Virus record (IMG/VR): IMGVR_UViG_3300020151_002511
Span: 23,932 to 87,931 of that record
DNA from: a virus
Taxonomy: Duplodnaviria > Caudoviricetes
Direction: 5' to 3' (one strand)
Length of the DNA stretch: 64,000 bases
This document shows positions 54,277-63,058 of this stretch, piece after piece. Made by a program: the position numbers and the translations under genes. Below the pieces are notes generated by a model. The model saw nothing but the letters and a program-made list of their open reading frames with translations. It made no database searches and was not told the DNA's origin. Each line of letters opens with the position of its first letter. Position 1 is the stretch's first letter.

Positions 54277-55052
54277 AAGAATTAACAATAGAAGCAATTA
54301 AGGATTATCAAACTTGCGCTTTGCTTTACAGCTATAGGCATGATCAGAAACTTCCTGAAACAATCATGAGCAGAGATTTAATTACTGCAAGATTTGAGAA
54401 TACAATGAAGAGTGTTATCAATTACTTCTTCTATAAAAAACAAGGAGGAGTAGTTCCTTCTTATGCATCTCTTTTAAATAGGTGGGAGAAGTTATGGTTT
54501 AGTAAGGATGCAACAGCTTACGACATAATTCATGAGCAGCATGAAAGCTTCTATGGAAACACAGCTAGCTTTACGTCTAGAGCTTCTGCTGCGTTGCTTG
54601 ACTTTTATAATAAGCATTCGGAATCAAATGCTATACCAATAGCTATCGATCAACAATTCTATCTACCATTAGATAAATCTGTAAAAATTAATAGTAAATT
54701 TGATTTAATAACTTTTGAAAACAATGAGTATTTTGTTTACAAGTGGGTTTTCAACTTTAGGAATTCACATACATCTCTTTATCAAATGGACTTCTCTATA
54801 CTTTATGAAGCCTTTAAGCATAAGTTTCCATCTAAAATAAATCAAACAAGATTTGGATACTACGACTTACTTTCTTCTTCTCAAAAATTTTCTGAATATG
54901 AATTAAATGAAGATGACACTAAGGCTTTAAAGTACTGGTGCAGCGTTGTACAAGAGGATGATAAATACGTGCCAAGAAGAGGTCTGACTTCATATTGCAA
55001 AAAGTGTCCCTTTGATAAACCTTGTTCTAACTGGAAAGATTGGGAGGTTTAA
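54273..55052 (+). CDS. PD-(D/E)XK/AddB-like protein with Fe-S-type cysteines, catalytic motif degenerate
   Basis: N-terminal YQTC and C-terminal CKKCPFDKPC. KFDLI is present but there is no D/E-x-K. Confidence 0.6.
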   Translation: MKELTIEAIKDYQTCALLYSYRHDQKLPETIMSRDLITARFENTMKSVINYFFYKKQGGVVPSYASLLNRWEKLWFSKDATAYDIIHEQHESFYGNTASFTSRASAALLDFYNKHSESNAIPIAIDQQFYLPLDKSVKINSKFDLITFENNEYFVYKWVFNFRNSHTSLYQMDFSILYEAFKHKFPSKINQTRFGYYDLLSSSQKFSEYELNEDDTKALKYWCSVVQEDDKYVPRRGLTSYCKKCPFDKPCSNWKDWEV

Positions 55053-55054
55053 AA

Positions 55055-55726
55055 TTGACTAAGGATTCAATATTAGATGAAATTTTAAATAAAGAATCAG
55101 ATTCAATTTCTCTTGAAGAAGAATCAAAGATACTTGAGCCTCTATTTGATGAAATAGAAATGATATCAGATAGCAATATTAAAAGTTTTGTTAAATCAAT
55201 TCTGCTAAGAGCAGATGGTTTTTGGACTATACCATCAAGTTTCTCAGGAAAGTATCACCCTAGTGATGAACATAATTCTGGTGGAAATGTGCTTCACACA
55301 AAAAGAGTTATCAGAACAGCTAAGGTAATTTCAGATTCCTATTCTCTATCTTCAGAAGAAAGAGACCTCGTATATGCTGCATGCTTACTGCATGATGTTA
55401 CGAAGGGAACATTGGATAATGATAAGAAGCATTTTTTTTATGACCCCATGCATCCTTACACCGTTGGCAAATTTGTTCAACAGTGTCAGGAGTATGACAA
55501 AAAATATGCAGGAGAAGCACAATCTTCTACTCTATTTGTCTCAGAGGAGACTGTTCAGTCAATTCTTAGATTAGTTAGATGTCACCTAGGCCCATGGTCT
55601 CCGGTTCCAGAGACTGTGCCAATTACTTATCTGGATATAATCGTTCACTTATCTGATAATGTTGCATCAAAAGTCCACTATATTGTTGATGGTGAAGATA
55701 TAATAGAAGAACGATGGAAGATATAA
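55055..55726 (+). CDS. HD-domain phosphohydrolase
   Basis: SGKYHP..GG..LHT, LLHD, H.GPW and VHLSD motifs. Confidence 0.85.
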   Translation: MTKDSILDEILNKESDSISLEEESKILEPLFDEIEMISDSNIKSFVKSILLRADGFWTIPSSFSGKYHPSDEHNSGGNVLHTKRVIRTAKVISDSYSLSSEERDLVYAACLLHDVTKGTLDNDKKHFFYDPMHPYTVGKFVQQCQEYDKKYAGEAQSSTLFVSEETVQSILRLVRCHLGPWSPVPETVPITYLDIIVHLSDNVASKVHYIVDGEDIIEERWKI

Positions 55727-55887
55727 TTAAAGATAGAGTCTTGATTAGAAGTTTTGTACTAGACAGCTTGGACTACTTAATAGAAGAGTCAGTTTATTAC
55801 AGATCTTTTTCAGATCAAATAAAAAATAGTCAGAGATATGTTTTATTTACTTCAGGAAATGAAGAAGGTAGTTGTAAATTGCCATGA
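55714..55887 (+). CDS. hypothetical protein (57 aa, not in the ORF track)
   Basis: Fills the gap between the HD gene and the primase, with an ATGA overlap. Confidence 0.5.
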   Translation: MEDIIKDRVLIRSFVLDSLDYLIEESVYYRSFSDQIKNSQRYVLFTSGNEEGSCKLP

Positions 55888-57086
55888 AAATATCAAGTGA
55901 TCCATCTAAGTACACATACAAGTGGAGATATTTAGAAATAGCTAGATACATTCCACAGCTAAAAAGAGTAATTAGGGAAAAGAAAAATGATTTTCCAATT
56001 CTTCTTGATGTAGATATAATTACAAAATATTCAGATAAGTATAATAATACAGGAATATATAGTTCTATTTGGCACTTTGATGATCAAGATATTTCTAAGG
56101 CTACTAGGTTAGGTTCTTTGTATTTTGACATAGACAATAGCGATATGGATATTTCTTGGCAAGAAGCTAAAACTTTGTATCTTCATTTGTTAAAATTCAT
56201 ACCAGAAGAATCAATAATAGTTTATTACACAGGAAAAAAGGGTTTTCATATTGAGTGCGAAGCTTTGGCTTTGGGCATAAATCCATCAAATAGACTTCCC
56301 ACTTTATATAGATATATAGCAAAAGACTTATCAGTAAGCTTGAACTTAAATTCTTTAGATTTTTCTGTATATGACGCTAGAAGAATGTGGAGATTGCCTG
56401 GAACTAAACATCAAGACACTGGTCTTTACAAGACTAAGTTAAGTAAACAAATTTTATTTAGCGATATAGAGTCAATAACCAAATATTCTTCTGTATTGCA
56501 GGACAATTCTATTCCCGAGCAACAGTTTAATTTTACTGCTAACGAATGGTTTAGACAATACTCTTATCAGATGGAAGAGGAAAAGAATAAGCCAAAGGAT
56601 GTATTAGCTTATTTTAATGAGTTTGGATCAAATGGCAGAGTCTCTTTTGATGATAGAAATAAAGTCTTTGATAAAAAAAATCTATTAAACAGCTGCTCAG
56701 CATTTTCCAGAATAGAAAAAGAAGCAACTGAAAAGCATCATCTTGACCATGAATCTAGACTATTTCTTTGTTCGATATTAACTTATACCGATGAATCAGT
56801 ACAATATCTACATGAGATATTATCAAAATGTGACGACTACAATCCTAAAAAGTCTTCCGCTCATATAGAAGACTGGATAAAAAGAAGAGAAATAGGAATA
56901 GGTGGAAGACCTTATACCTGTGCTAGGGCTAACTCAGCCGGCGTTGGTTGTGGAGACTGCTCATTGGAATATAAGAAAAAATGGGTAAAAATAGGTGATA
57001 AGTTTGTTGAGACAAATGACAAGAACGAGCCATCCCCAATTAGATTCGCATATAAAATAGTTAAGAAAGGAGAAAAAAATGATTGA
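55884..57086 (+). CDS. archaeo-eukaryotic primase (AEP)-like protein with a Cys-containing PriL-like C-terminus
   Basis: LYFDID, YTGKKGFH, D.SVY..RRMWRLPGTKH and PYTC..CGDC. Confidence 0.78.
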   Translation: MKISSDPSKYTYKWRYLEIARYIPQLKRVIREKKNDFPILLDVDIITKYSDKYNNTGIYSSIWHFDDQDISKATRLGSLYFDIDNSDMDISWQEAKTLYLHLLKFIPEESIIVYYTGKKGFHIECEALALGINPSNRLPTLYRYIAKDLSVSLNLNSLDFSVYDARRMWRLPGTKHQDTGLYKTKLSKQILFSDIESITKYSSVLQDNSIPEQQFNFTANEWFRQYSYQMEEEKNKPKDVLAYFNEFGSNGRVSFDDRNKVFDKKNLLNSCSAFSRIEKEATEKHHLDHESRLFLCSILTYTDESVQYLHEILSKCDDYNPKKSSAHIEDWIKRREIGIGGRPYTCARANSAGVGCGDCSLEYKKKWVKIGDKFVETNDKNEPSPIRFAYKIVKKGEKND

Positions 57087-57282
57087 AAATGATGAAGATG
57101 TTATTGGAACTTGCAGTGAATGTCACTCAGATCAACCAGAACAATACATGTACAGGAGCCCTTTTGCACAAGAAGGAAAAAATGTACCATGTAAATTTTG
57201 TGGTGGAGTTGTAATAATAACCTATAGAGAAACAAGAAATCAAGCCTTGGGACAAAGTGATAGTAGCAGAGGAATAAGTTGA
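57079..57282 (+). CDS. small zinc-ribbon protein
   Basis: CSEC..CKFC, AAGGAG RBS. Confidence 0.65.
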   Translation: MIENDEDVIGTCSECHSDQPEQYMYRSPFAQEGKNVPCKFCGGVVIITYRETRNQALGQSDSSRGIS

Positions 57283-60200
57283 AGAATTGGACTAACCTAC
57301 ATAACCACACTGTCTATTCTACACTAGATGGACATGGTGGCGTAGAGCAATACCTTAATAGAGCTAAGGATCTTGGCATGGTCGGGTTAGCTACAACCGA
57401 CCATGGCAATATCCACTCATGGCTAGATTTCTACGATGCCGGGATGAGCTGTGGAGTTAAGCCAATATTAGGTTCTGAATTCTATCAAGCAAGAAAAACT
57501 CGTTTAGATAGAGACGAAGAAGAAAGAGCTGGCAAGTCAAAGAATGAATGGGAACAAAGAGGTCCATATCATATAACTATACTTGCAAAAAATAATACTG
57601 GGTATCATAATATAATTAAAATGTCCTCTAGAGCTTTTACTGAGGGTTTCTACGTTAAGCCTAGAGTAGACCATGAATTAATTTCTCAACATTCTGATGG
57701 AATAATTGTATTATCAGGCTGTCTAAACGGAGAGGTTTCTCAAGCACTCCTAAGAAAAGACTATAACACCGCACTTATGCATGCCAGCTCTATGCAAGAC
57801 ATTGTAGGTAAAGAAAACTATTTCATAGAAATTCAAAACCATGGGATAGAAGAGCAGCTGCGAATTATACCAGACCTAATAAAGATAGCTAATTCAATAG
57901 GCGCCAAAGTGGTACCTTCTGGAGACTGCCATTATGTACATCAAGACGACGCACACGCTCACGACATAATGCTATGCGTAGCAACTAACTCCAACATAAA
58001 TACGCCAAATAGATTTTCTTTTTCTGGTGATCAATTTTACCTACAGTCTTATGATGAAATGGCTAAAACTTTTACAGAAGAGTATCTTAAAAATACCATG
58101 CACGTAAACGACATGGTAGATGTTAATCTTAAATTTGGAGAAATACATTTCCCTAACTTTCCTATACCAACAGATGAGTCTTCAACTGAATACTTTGAAA
58201 GACTGGCATGGAATGGATTGAAAAAAAGATATGGTGAAGATCTGTCGCAAGAAGTTTTAGACAGAGCTAACTATGAGCTTAGAGTTGTAAAAGAAATGGG
58301 TTTCCCAGAATACTTTTTAGTTGTATCTGATTTAGTTGAGTGGGCTAAGAAAAATGATATTAGAGTTGGATGGGGAAGAGGATCTGCTGCTGGCAGTGTA
58401 TTGTCCTATGCTTTTGGTATAACAAATCTAGATCCAATTAAGTTTGGTCTTATGTTTGAAAGATTTCTTGTCGAGGGCCGAAAGTCAATGCCAGACATAG
58501 ACCTAGACTTTGACGATAGGCATAGAGATAGAGTTATAGAGTATGCTCGTCAAAAATATGGAACAGATCACGTAGCCCACATATGTACATTCAATAGGAC
58601 TGGAGCAAGACAGTCTATTAGGGATGCCGCAAGAGCCTTAGGGTATGATTTTTCCGGGGGCGATAGAGTATCTAAACTTGTTCCTCCACCAGTTTTAGGT
58701 GTATCAAAAAGTCTCACAGAGTGTATGGAAGTAGCAGAATTTAATTCTGAATACAACTCCAATGAAGATAGTAAAAAAATAATAGATACAGCTTTTGGTC
58801 TTGAGGGTTTAGTTAGACAAACTGGAGTCCATGCAGCTGGAGTGGTTATATCTAGAGACGCACTAACCGACTATCTTCCCATAATGCAAAAGGGTGTAGA
58901 CTCACCCATGGTTACTCAATGGGACATGGGCAGAGTAGAACAATGTGGACTTCTTAAAATTGACTTCTTAGGTTTAAGAAACCTAGGCGTTATAGATGAA
59001 TGTATTCAGCTCGTAAAGAGAACAAAGTCAATTGATATTGACCTAGAAAAAATACCTCTCGATGACAAAAGAACTTTTGAGGAGCTATGTAAAGGTAACG
59101 CTATAGGAGTATTCCAACTTGAGTCTTCTGGCATGAGACAGCTTATGGTTCAGCTTCAGCCGCAAGATATCAAGGATATCATGGCTCTTATATCCTTATA
59201 TAGACCAGGCCCAATGGGCTCTGGAATGGATAAACTTTACATAAATAGAAAACATGGTAGGTCTGAAATTAATTATGACCATCCTTCTATGAAAATAGCT
59301 CTTGAAGACTCTCTTGGGATTATGTTATATCAAGAAGACGTGCTAGCTGTTGCTAGAGCATTAGCTGGCTTTACTGTTTCCGAAGCTGATGACCTAAGAA
59401 AAGTAATTGGCAAAAAACAGATGGACAAAATTGCAAAGATAAGAAGAAAATTTGTTGAGGGATGCATTTCAAACTCAGATATATCTGAAGAAAAAGCTAA
59501 CAAGATATTTTCTGATATCGAATACTTCGGTGGATACGGATTCAACAGAGCTCACGCAGCAAGCTACGCAATGGTTTCCTACGTTACAGCATACCTAAAG
59601 ACCCACTACGTAGCAGAATACATGGCAGCTCTTTTAACTTCTGTTGCGGGAAATAAAGATAAGTCATCCGTATATCTTTCTGACTGTAGAAAAACAAATA
59701 TAAAAGTTCAACCTCCATCAATAAATAGATCACTTCATGACTTTGACGTAGTGTCTGACTCTGAGATTCTCTTTGGTCTATCAGCCATAAATGGAATAGG
59801 ACCTTCAATTGCTGATGCAATAATATCCTGTAGAGACTTAGACAATCCTTATACATCTATGCATGACTTCTTTAGAAGATCTGATACATCTGTTCTTAAA
59901 AAATCTACATTAGAACATCTTGGTGCAGCAGGTGCATTCGATGAACTGTTTCAGATTAGTGAAGAAATAGAAATTAGTAGAAGAAAAGAATTAGAAATTC
60001 TTGAAAGAGAAAAAAATGAACTAGGAATATATGTATCTAGGCATCCTATCGAAGGAATTTGGGATTCAATAAGACCAAAAATAGATTCCGAAATATTTGA
60101 ACTATCAGATCTTTATGCTGGTTCTAAAACAAAAATTGGTGGGATCATTACTTCAGTTAAAAAAATGATAACCAAAAAAGGCATGAAGATGTTCAAGCTG

Positions 60201-60602
60201 AATATAGATGATGTTACTTCAGGAATAGAAGTTATTGTATTTCCAAAAGAAGCAAAAAATATTCCAGATGACTTCTTCTCTGAGGGGGACATAATCATTG
60301 TGTCTGGCTCAATTGCAAAAGAAGGAGATGAAGAAAATTCTGCCGTAAAAGTTATATACTCTTCATCAGAAAAAGTTGATCATTCTATTTTAAGTGGTGG
60401 TAAGTCTATCTTTTTAAGATCTAATACACTGTTAAGTAATGAAATCATACAGTCGCTTTATGATATAATTAATAATGCAAATGGTTCATCAATAGTATTT
60501 CTTGAAATGCTGGATGAGAATAAAAAATATACATTTAAATTTAATAAAACTACTTCTATAAAAGTAGAAAAAACTTTAAGATCAATAGTTGGACTAGGAT
60601 AG
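57279..60602 (+). CDS. dnaE: DNA polymerase III alpha subunit (family C)
   Basis: PHP domain (LHNHT..TDHG), GRGSAAGS, PDIDLDF, KIDFLGL, YGFNRAH and an OB fold. No intein. Confidence 0.96.
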   Translation: MKNWTNLHNHTVYSTLDGHGGVEQYLNRAKDLGMVGLATTDHGNIHSWLDFYDAGMSCGVKPILGSEFYQARKTRLDRDEEERAGKSKNEWEQRGPYHITILAKNNTGYHNIIKMSSRAFTEGFYVKPRVDHELISQHSDGIIVLSGCLNGEVSQALLRKDYNTALMHASSMQDIVGKENYFIEIQNHGIEEQLRIIPDLIKIANSIGAKVVPSGDCHYVHQDDAHAHDIMLCVATNSNINTPNRFSFSGDQFYLQSYDEMAKTFTEEYLKNTMHVNDMVDVNLKFGEIHFPNFPIPTDESSTEYFERLAWNGLKKRYGEDLSQEVLDRANYELRVVKEMGFPEYFLVVSDLVEWAKKNDIRVGWGRGSAAGSVLSYAFGITNLDPIKFGLMFERFLVEGRKSMPDIDLDFDDRHRDRVIEYARQKYGTDHVAHICTFNRTGARQSIRDAARALGYDFSGGDRVSKLVPPPVLGVSKSLTECMEVAEFNSEYNSNEDSKKIIDTAFGLEGLVRQTGVHAAGVVISRDALTDYLPIMQKGVDSPMVTQWDMGRVEQCGLLKIDFLGLRNLGVIDECIQLVKRTKSIDIDLEKIPLDDKRTFEELCKGNAIGVFQLESSGMRQLMVQLQPQDIKDIMALISLYRPGPMGSGMDKLYINRKHGRSEINYDHPSMKIALEDSLGIMLYQEDVLAVARALAGFTVSEADDLRKVIGKKQMDKIAKIRRKFVEGCISNSDISEEKANKIFSDIEYFGGYGFNRAHAASYAMVSYVTAYLKTHYVAEYMAALLTSVAGNKDKSSVYLSDCRKTNIKVQPPSINRSLHDFDVVSDSEILFGLSAINGIGPSIADAIISCRDLDNPYTSMHDFFRRSDTSVLKKSTLEHLGAAGAFDELFQISEEIEISRRKELEILEREKNELGIYVSRHPIEGIWDSIRPKIDSEIFELSDLYAGSKTKIGGIITSVKKMITKKGMKMFKLNIDDVTSGIEVIVFPKEAKNIPDDFFSEGDIIIVSGSIAKEGDEENSAVKVIYSSSEKVDHSILSGGKSIFLRSNTLLSNEIIQSLYDIINNANGSSIVFLEMLDENKKYTFKFNKTTSIKVEKTLRSIVGLG

Positions 60603-60605
60603 GAT

Positions 60606-60971
60606 ATGATAAGTCAAGTAGTAATTAACCCCTCAAATAGATCTTGTTGGACATTTTGCTCATGCTGCAATAGATGTCAAGATAAAGGTCGTTATTCAAA
60701 ATGCTCAGACTGCAGTGGAAGATATGATCCAAAGCTTAAGGTTCTTCCAGACCCAGATGATTTTTGCGATTGTAAAAACGGAGTTCTTAGATGGAGAACA
60801 AAAGAAGGTCGATTGATATTAACTAAATTTAAGAGTAATCCTTTTAAGGCTGAAGTTAAATATGTAAAAAAGACTGAAGATGAAAGAGATTGGGACTCTT
60901 ACGTTGGAGACATGAGAGAGAAGTTAGACGATCCAAGCTGGAACCCTATAGCAATAATAGATGAGGATTAA
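60606..60971 (+). CDS. Cys-rich hypothetical protein
   Basis: C..FCSCCNRC..CSDC..CDC. Confidence 0.6.
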   Translation: MISQVVINPSNRSCWTFCSCCNRCQDKGRYSKCSDCSGRYDPKLKVLPDPDDFCDCKNGVLRWRTKEGRLILTKFKSNPFKAEVKYVKKTEDERDWDSYVGDMREKLDDPSWNPIAIIDED

Positions 60972-61177
60972 TGAAGTCTGAAAATGGAAGAGTTATAAAA
61001 GGCAACGTTAAACTAATAGAATATGGTGATGGCTCTTCGGAAGTAGATAGTTACTTTGTGCAAGTTGGAGTTGCTGGGTTATATTGCTCTAAAAAGGAAT
61101 TAAATGATCTATACATGGCATTAAATTACTATGTGAATATAGACGAGATTATTGAATGCCAATTAAATTTTAAATAG
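60971..61177 (+). CDS. hypothetical protein
   Basis: 68 aa, GAGGA RBS. Confidence 0.55.
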   Translation: MKSENGRVIKGNVKLIEYGDGSSEVDSYFVQVGVAGLYCSKKELNDLYMALNYYVNIDEIIECQLNFK

Positions 61178-61186
61178 GAGACAATT

Positions 61187-61366
61187 ATGAGCTGGCCATA
61201 TAATGAATATGATCAAATGGAAATAGGAAAAACAGGCTGGATTCCAGTTGGTGAAGGTTCTTTTAAAAATAAATACAACAATCATACCATTGACGAATCT
61301 GGTTGCGAATATGATGAAAATGGAAATATGATATATAGCCCGAATGGAAAAGATGAACAAAATTAA
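61187..61366 (+). CDS. hypothetical protein (59 aa, not in the ORF track)
   Basis: AGGAG RBS. MSWPYNEYDQMEIGKTGWIPVGEG.. fills the gap. Confidence 0.6.
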   Translation: MSWPYNEYDQMEIGKTGWIPVGEGSFKNKYNNHTIDESGCEYDENGNMIYSPNGKDEQN

Positions 61367-62157
61367 AGTAAGGACCATTCAAGACTTGGATCCTCTTCAG
61401 GTATTATCGTTAACTGATTTTAGCTACTCAAGAATAGACACATATAAGATGTGTCCCTCTAAGTACTTCTACTCTTATGTTCAGAAAGAACCAAGAACCT
61501 TTAACGATGCTGCTGTACTTGGTAATATCGTGCACTCAGTTCTAGAAGAATGCTTAGACAACGATAAGCAGATGGATGTAAATGAGCTCCAAAGCGAATA
61601 CGTCAAGCAAATTTCTTCATATGATCCAAGTGGAATCATACCGGATAACTTAATTCAAGTTGGATCAGAAATACTTGATGAGTTCTATGACAAGCACTCT
61701 GGTGACACTTTTGATATTTACGATAAAGAATTTGGTTTTAGTTTTGTATTAGGAAACTATCTCATCAATGGCTATATAGATAGAATAGATTTTTATGATG
61801 AAAATACTATAAATATAATAGACTACAAGACCCGGAAAATGGGAAGTTACCCAAAAGGATCTTCCAAACAATCTTCAGCTTGGCATATATGCCTTAGCGG
61901 TATCAACAGCTTTTCCAGATAAAACAATTAGGGCTGAGCTTTATTACTTAAGGTCTGGCAAAAGAAAATCACACACATTTTCACCAGAAGATATAGAGCA
62001 AGTAAAGGTAAATCTACTTAGTAATATTAATAAAATTGTAGAGGATAATTCTTTTAACCCTACTTCAAATGAAAGAAATTGCACCTTCTGTGACTATGGT
62101 AAATCAGGAGTATGTGCTACTGGGCTGAGCAGACTAAAAAGAATGGGTAAAGCATAA
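61353..62157 (+). CDS. RecB/AddB/Cas4-like PD-(D/E)XK exonuclease with Fe-S cluster (about 267 aa via +1 frameshift at 61833)
   Basis: 0 frame: SYSRIDTYKMCP, G..VH, GYIDRID, IIDYKT. +1 frame: GKW, QLGIYALA, CTFCDY...C. Ends just before a terminator. Confidence 0.88.
61833..61836 (+). other. +1 recoding site 6 (acc CGGA aaa)
   Basis: Restores the canonical DYKTG motif. Confidence 0.85.
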
Positions 62158-62158
62158 A

Positions 62159-62181
62159 GGCCAGGGGATGAACCCCTGGCC
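62159..62181. terminator. GC-rich hairpin between convergent genes
   Basis: ggccagggg-atgaa-cccctggcc. Confidence 0.75.
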
Positions 62182-62204
62182 AGTAAGCTTAGTTTAAGTT
62201 AGGA

Positions 62205-62375
62205 TCAGAATGCTTCAACTGGGTTAGACAAGCTGTCTTCTACAAGTGAGAAGTTATTCTCGACAACAATCTTTGTTGCCTCCTTGTGGCTGAAGCCCAC
62301 CTTGCTGAGTTCGTCAATGACGTTCTCGTTGATGTTCTGATTGATGCTATTGATGATAGTGTTTAGTGTGTTCAT
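62205..62375 (-). CDS. small hypothetical protein (56 aa), probably a leaderless transcript
   Basis: The ATG at 62375 lies 7 nt after the -10 box of a near-consensus promoter. Confidence 0.65.
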   Translation of the reverse strand: MNTLNTIINSINQNINENVIDELSKVGFSHKEATKIVVENNFSLVEDSLSNPVEAF

Positions 62376-62382
62376 GAGTGAT

Positions 62383-62411
62383 ACTATATCTCCTAATTTT
62401 TGGTTTGTCAA
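62383..62411 (-). promoter_or_regulatory. sigma70/SigA-type promoter TTGACA-17-TATAGT
   Basis: Minus strand: TTGACA (62411-62406), 17-nt spacer, TATAGT (62388-62383). Confidence 0.8.
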
Positions 62412-62451
62412 CCTGTTGATATCTTTTTTTGTATTTTTATTTCCTGTAAAG

Positions 62452-62457
62452 TATAAT
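62452..62457 (+). promoter_or_regulatory. -10 element TATAAT upstream of the endonuclease-sigma operon
   Basis: TATAAT in an AT-rich divergent intergenic region, with GAGG RBS downstream. Confidence 0.4.
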
Positions 62458-62488
62458 ATTATTATGACTTAAGGACATAGAGGTTATC

Positions 62489-63058
62489 ATGAAGCAGCCA
62501 GAAATAACAACTCCACAAGAGTTTTTTTTGGATAGATCTAAATTAAAAAAACACCCGAACTTTTCTAAAATTAAAAATGATTACATTGATAAAGAAATAT
62601 TAGAAAATGAATCCGCTAAAAAAATTAGTGGCAAAGGGAATGCGTATAAAAATACTAAATCGGGCTATAGGCCTGACTTAGGTGGCAGTTTTAGATCTAA
62701 CTGGGAAGCAAACTTCGCCAGGATTCTGCAGATATATAATATTAAATATGATTTTGAGCCGGTTGTTTTTCCTTTTCCAATTAAAAGAGGAACAAAAGCC
62801 TACACCCCAGACTTTTATATAAACAAAAGCACTGAATGGGTAGAGTTAAAGGGCTACTTAGATGAAAAAAGCAAGATAAAACTTAAAAGATTTAAAAGAT
62901 ATTATGAAGACGAATTCAACAAGCTTACTTTTATTATTAGTAAATATTCAACTGATGGAAAAAAATTTGCTGCAGAGATTGAAATACCAAGAGTTATCTT
63001 TTATGAAGACATTAGATTTTTTTATGCTGATAAGATACCTAATTGGGAAGGAAAGTAA
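62489..63058 (+). CDS. PD-(D/E)XK endonuclease (phage restriction-like/DUF790-like)
   Basis: FRSNWEANFAR..FEP..YTPDF..VELKG. Confidence 0.75.
   Translation: MKQPEITTPQEFFLDRSKLKKHPNFSKIKNDYIDKEILENESAKKISGKGNAYKNTKSGYRPDLGGSFRSNWEANFARILQIYNIKYDFEPVVFPFPIKRGTKAYTPDFYINKSTEWVELKGYLDEKSKIKLKRFKRYYEDEFNKLTFIISKYSTDGKKFAAEIEIPRVIFYEDIRFFYADKIPNWEGK

Noticed and set aside
40375-60602. Inteins or introns in nrdJ, helicase or dnaE
   Set aside because: Lengths are typical, motifs are contiguous, and there are no intein or homing-endonuclease signatures.
61353-62157. Cas4 as evidence of a CRISPR-Cas system
   Set aside because: No array or other cas genes are present. Solo Cas4/RecB-like nucleases are common in phage replication modules.
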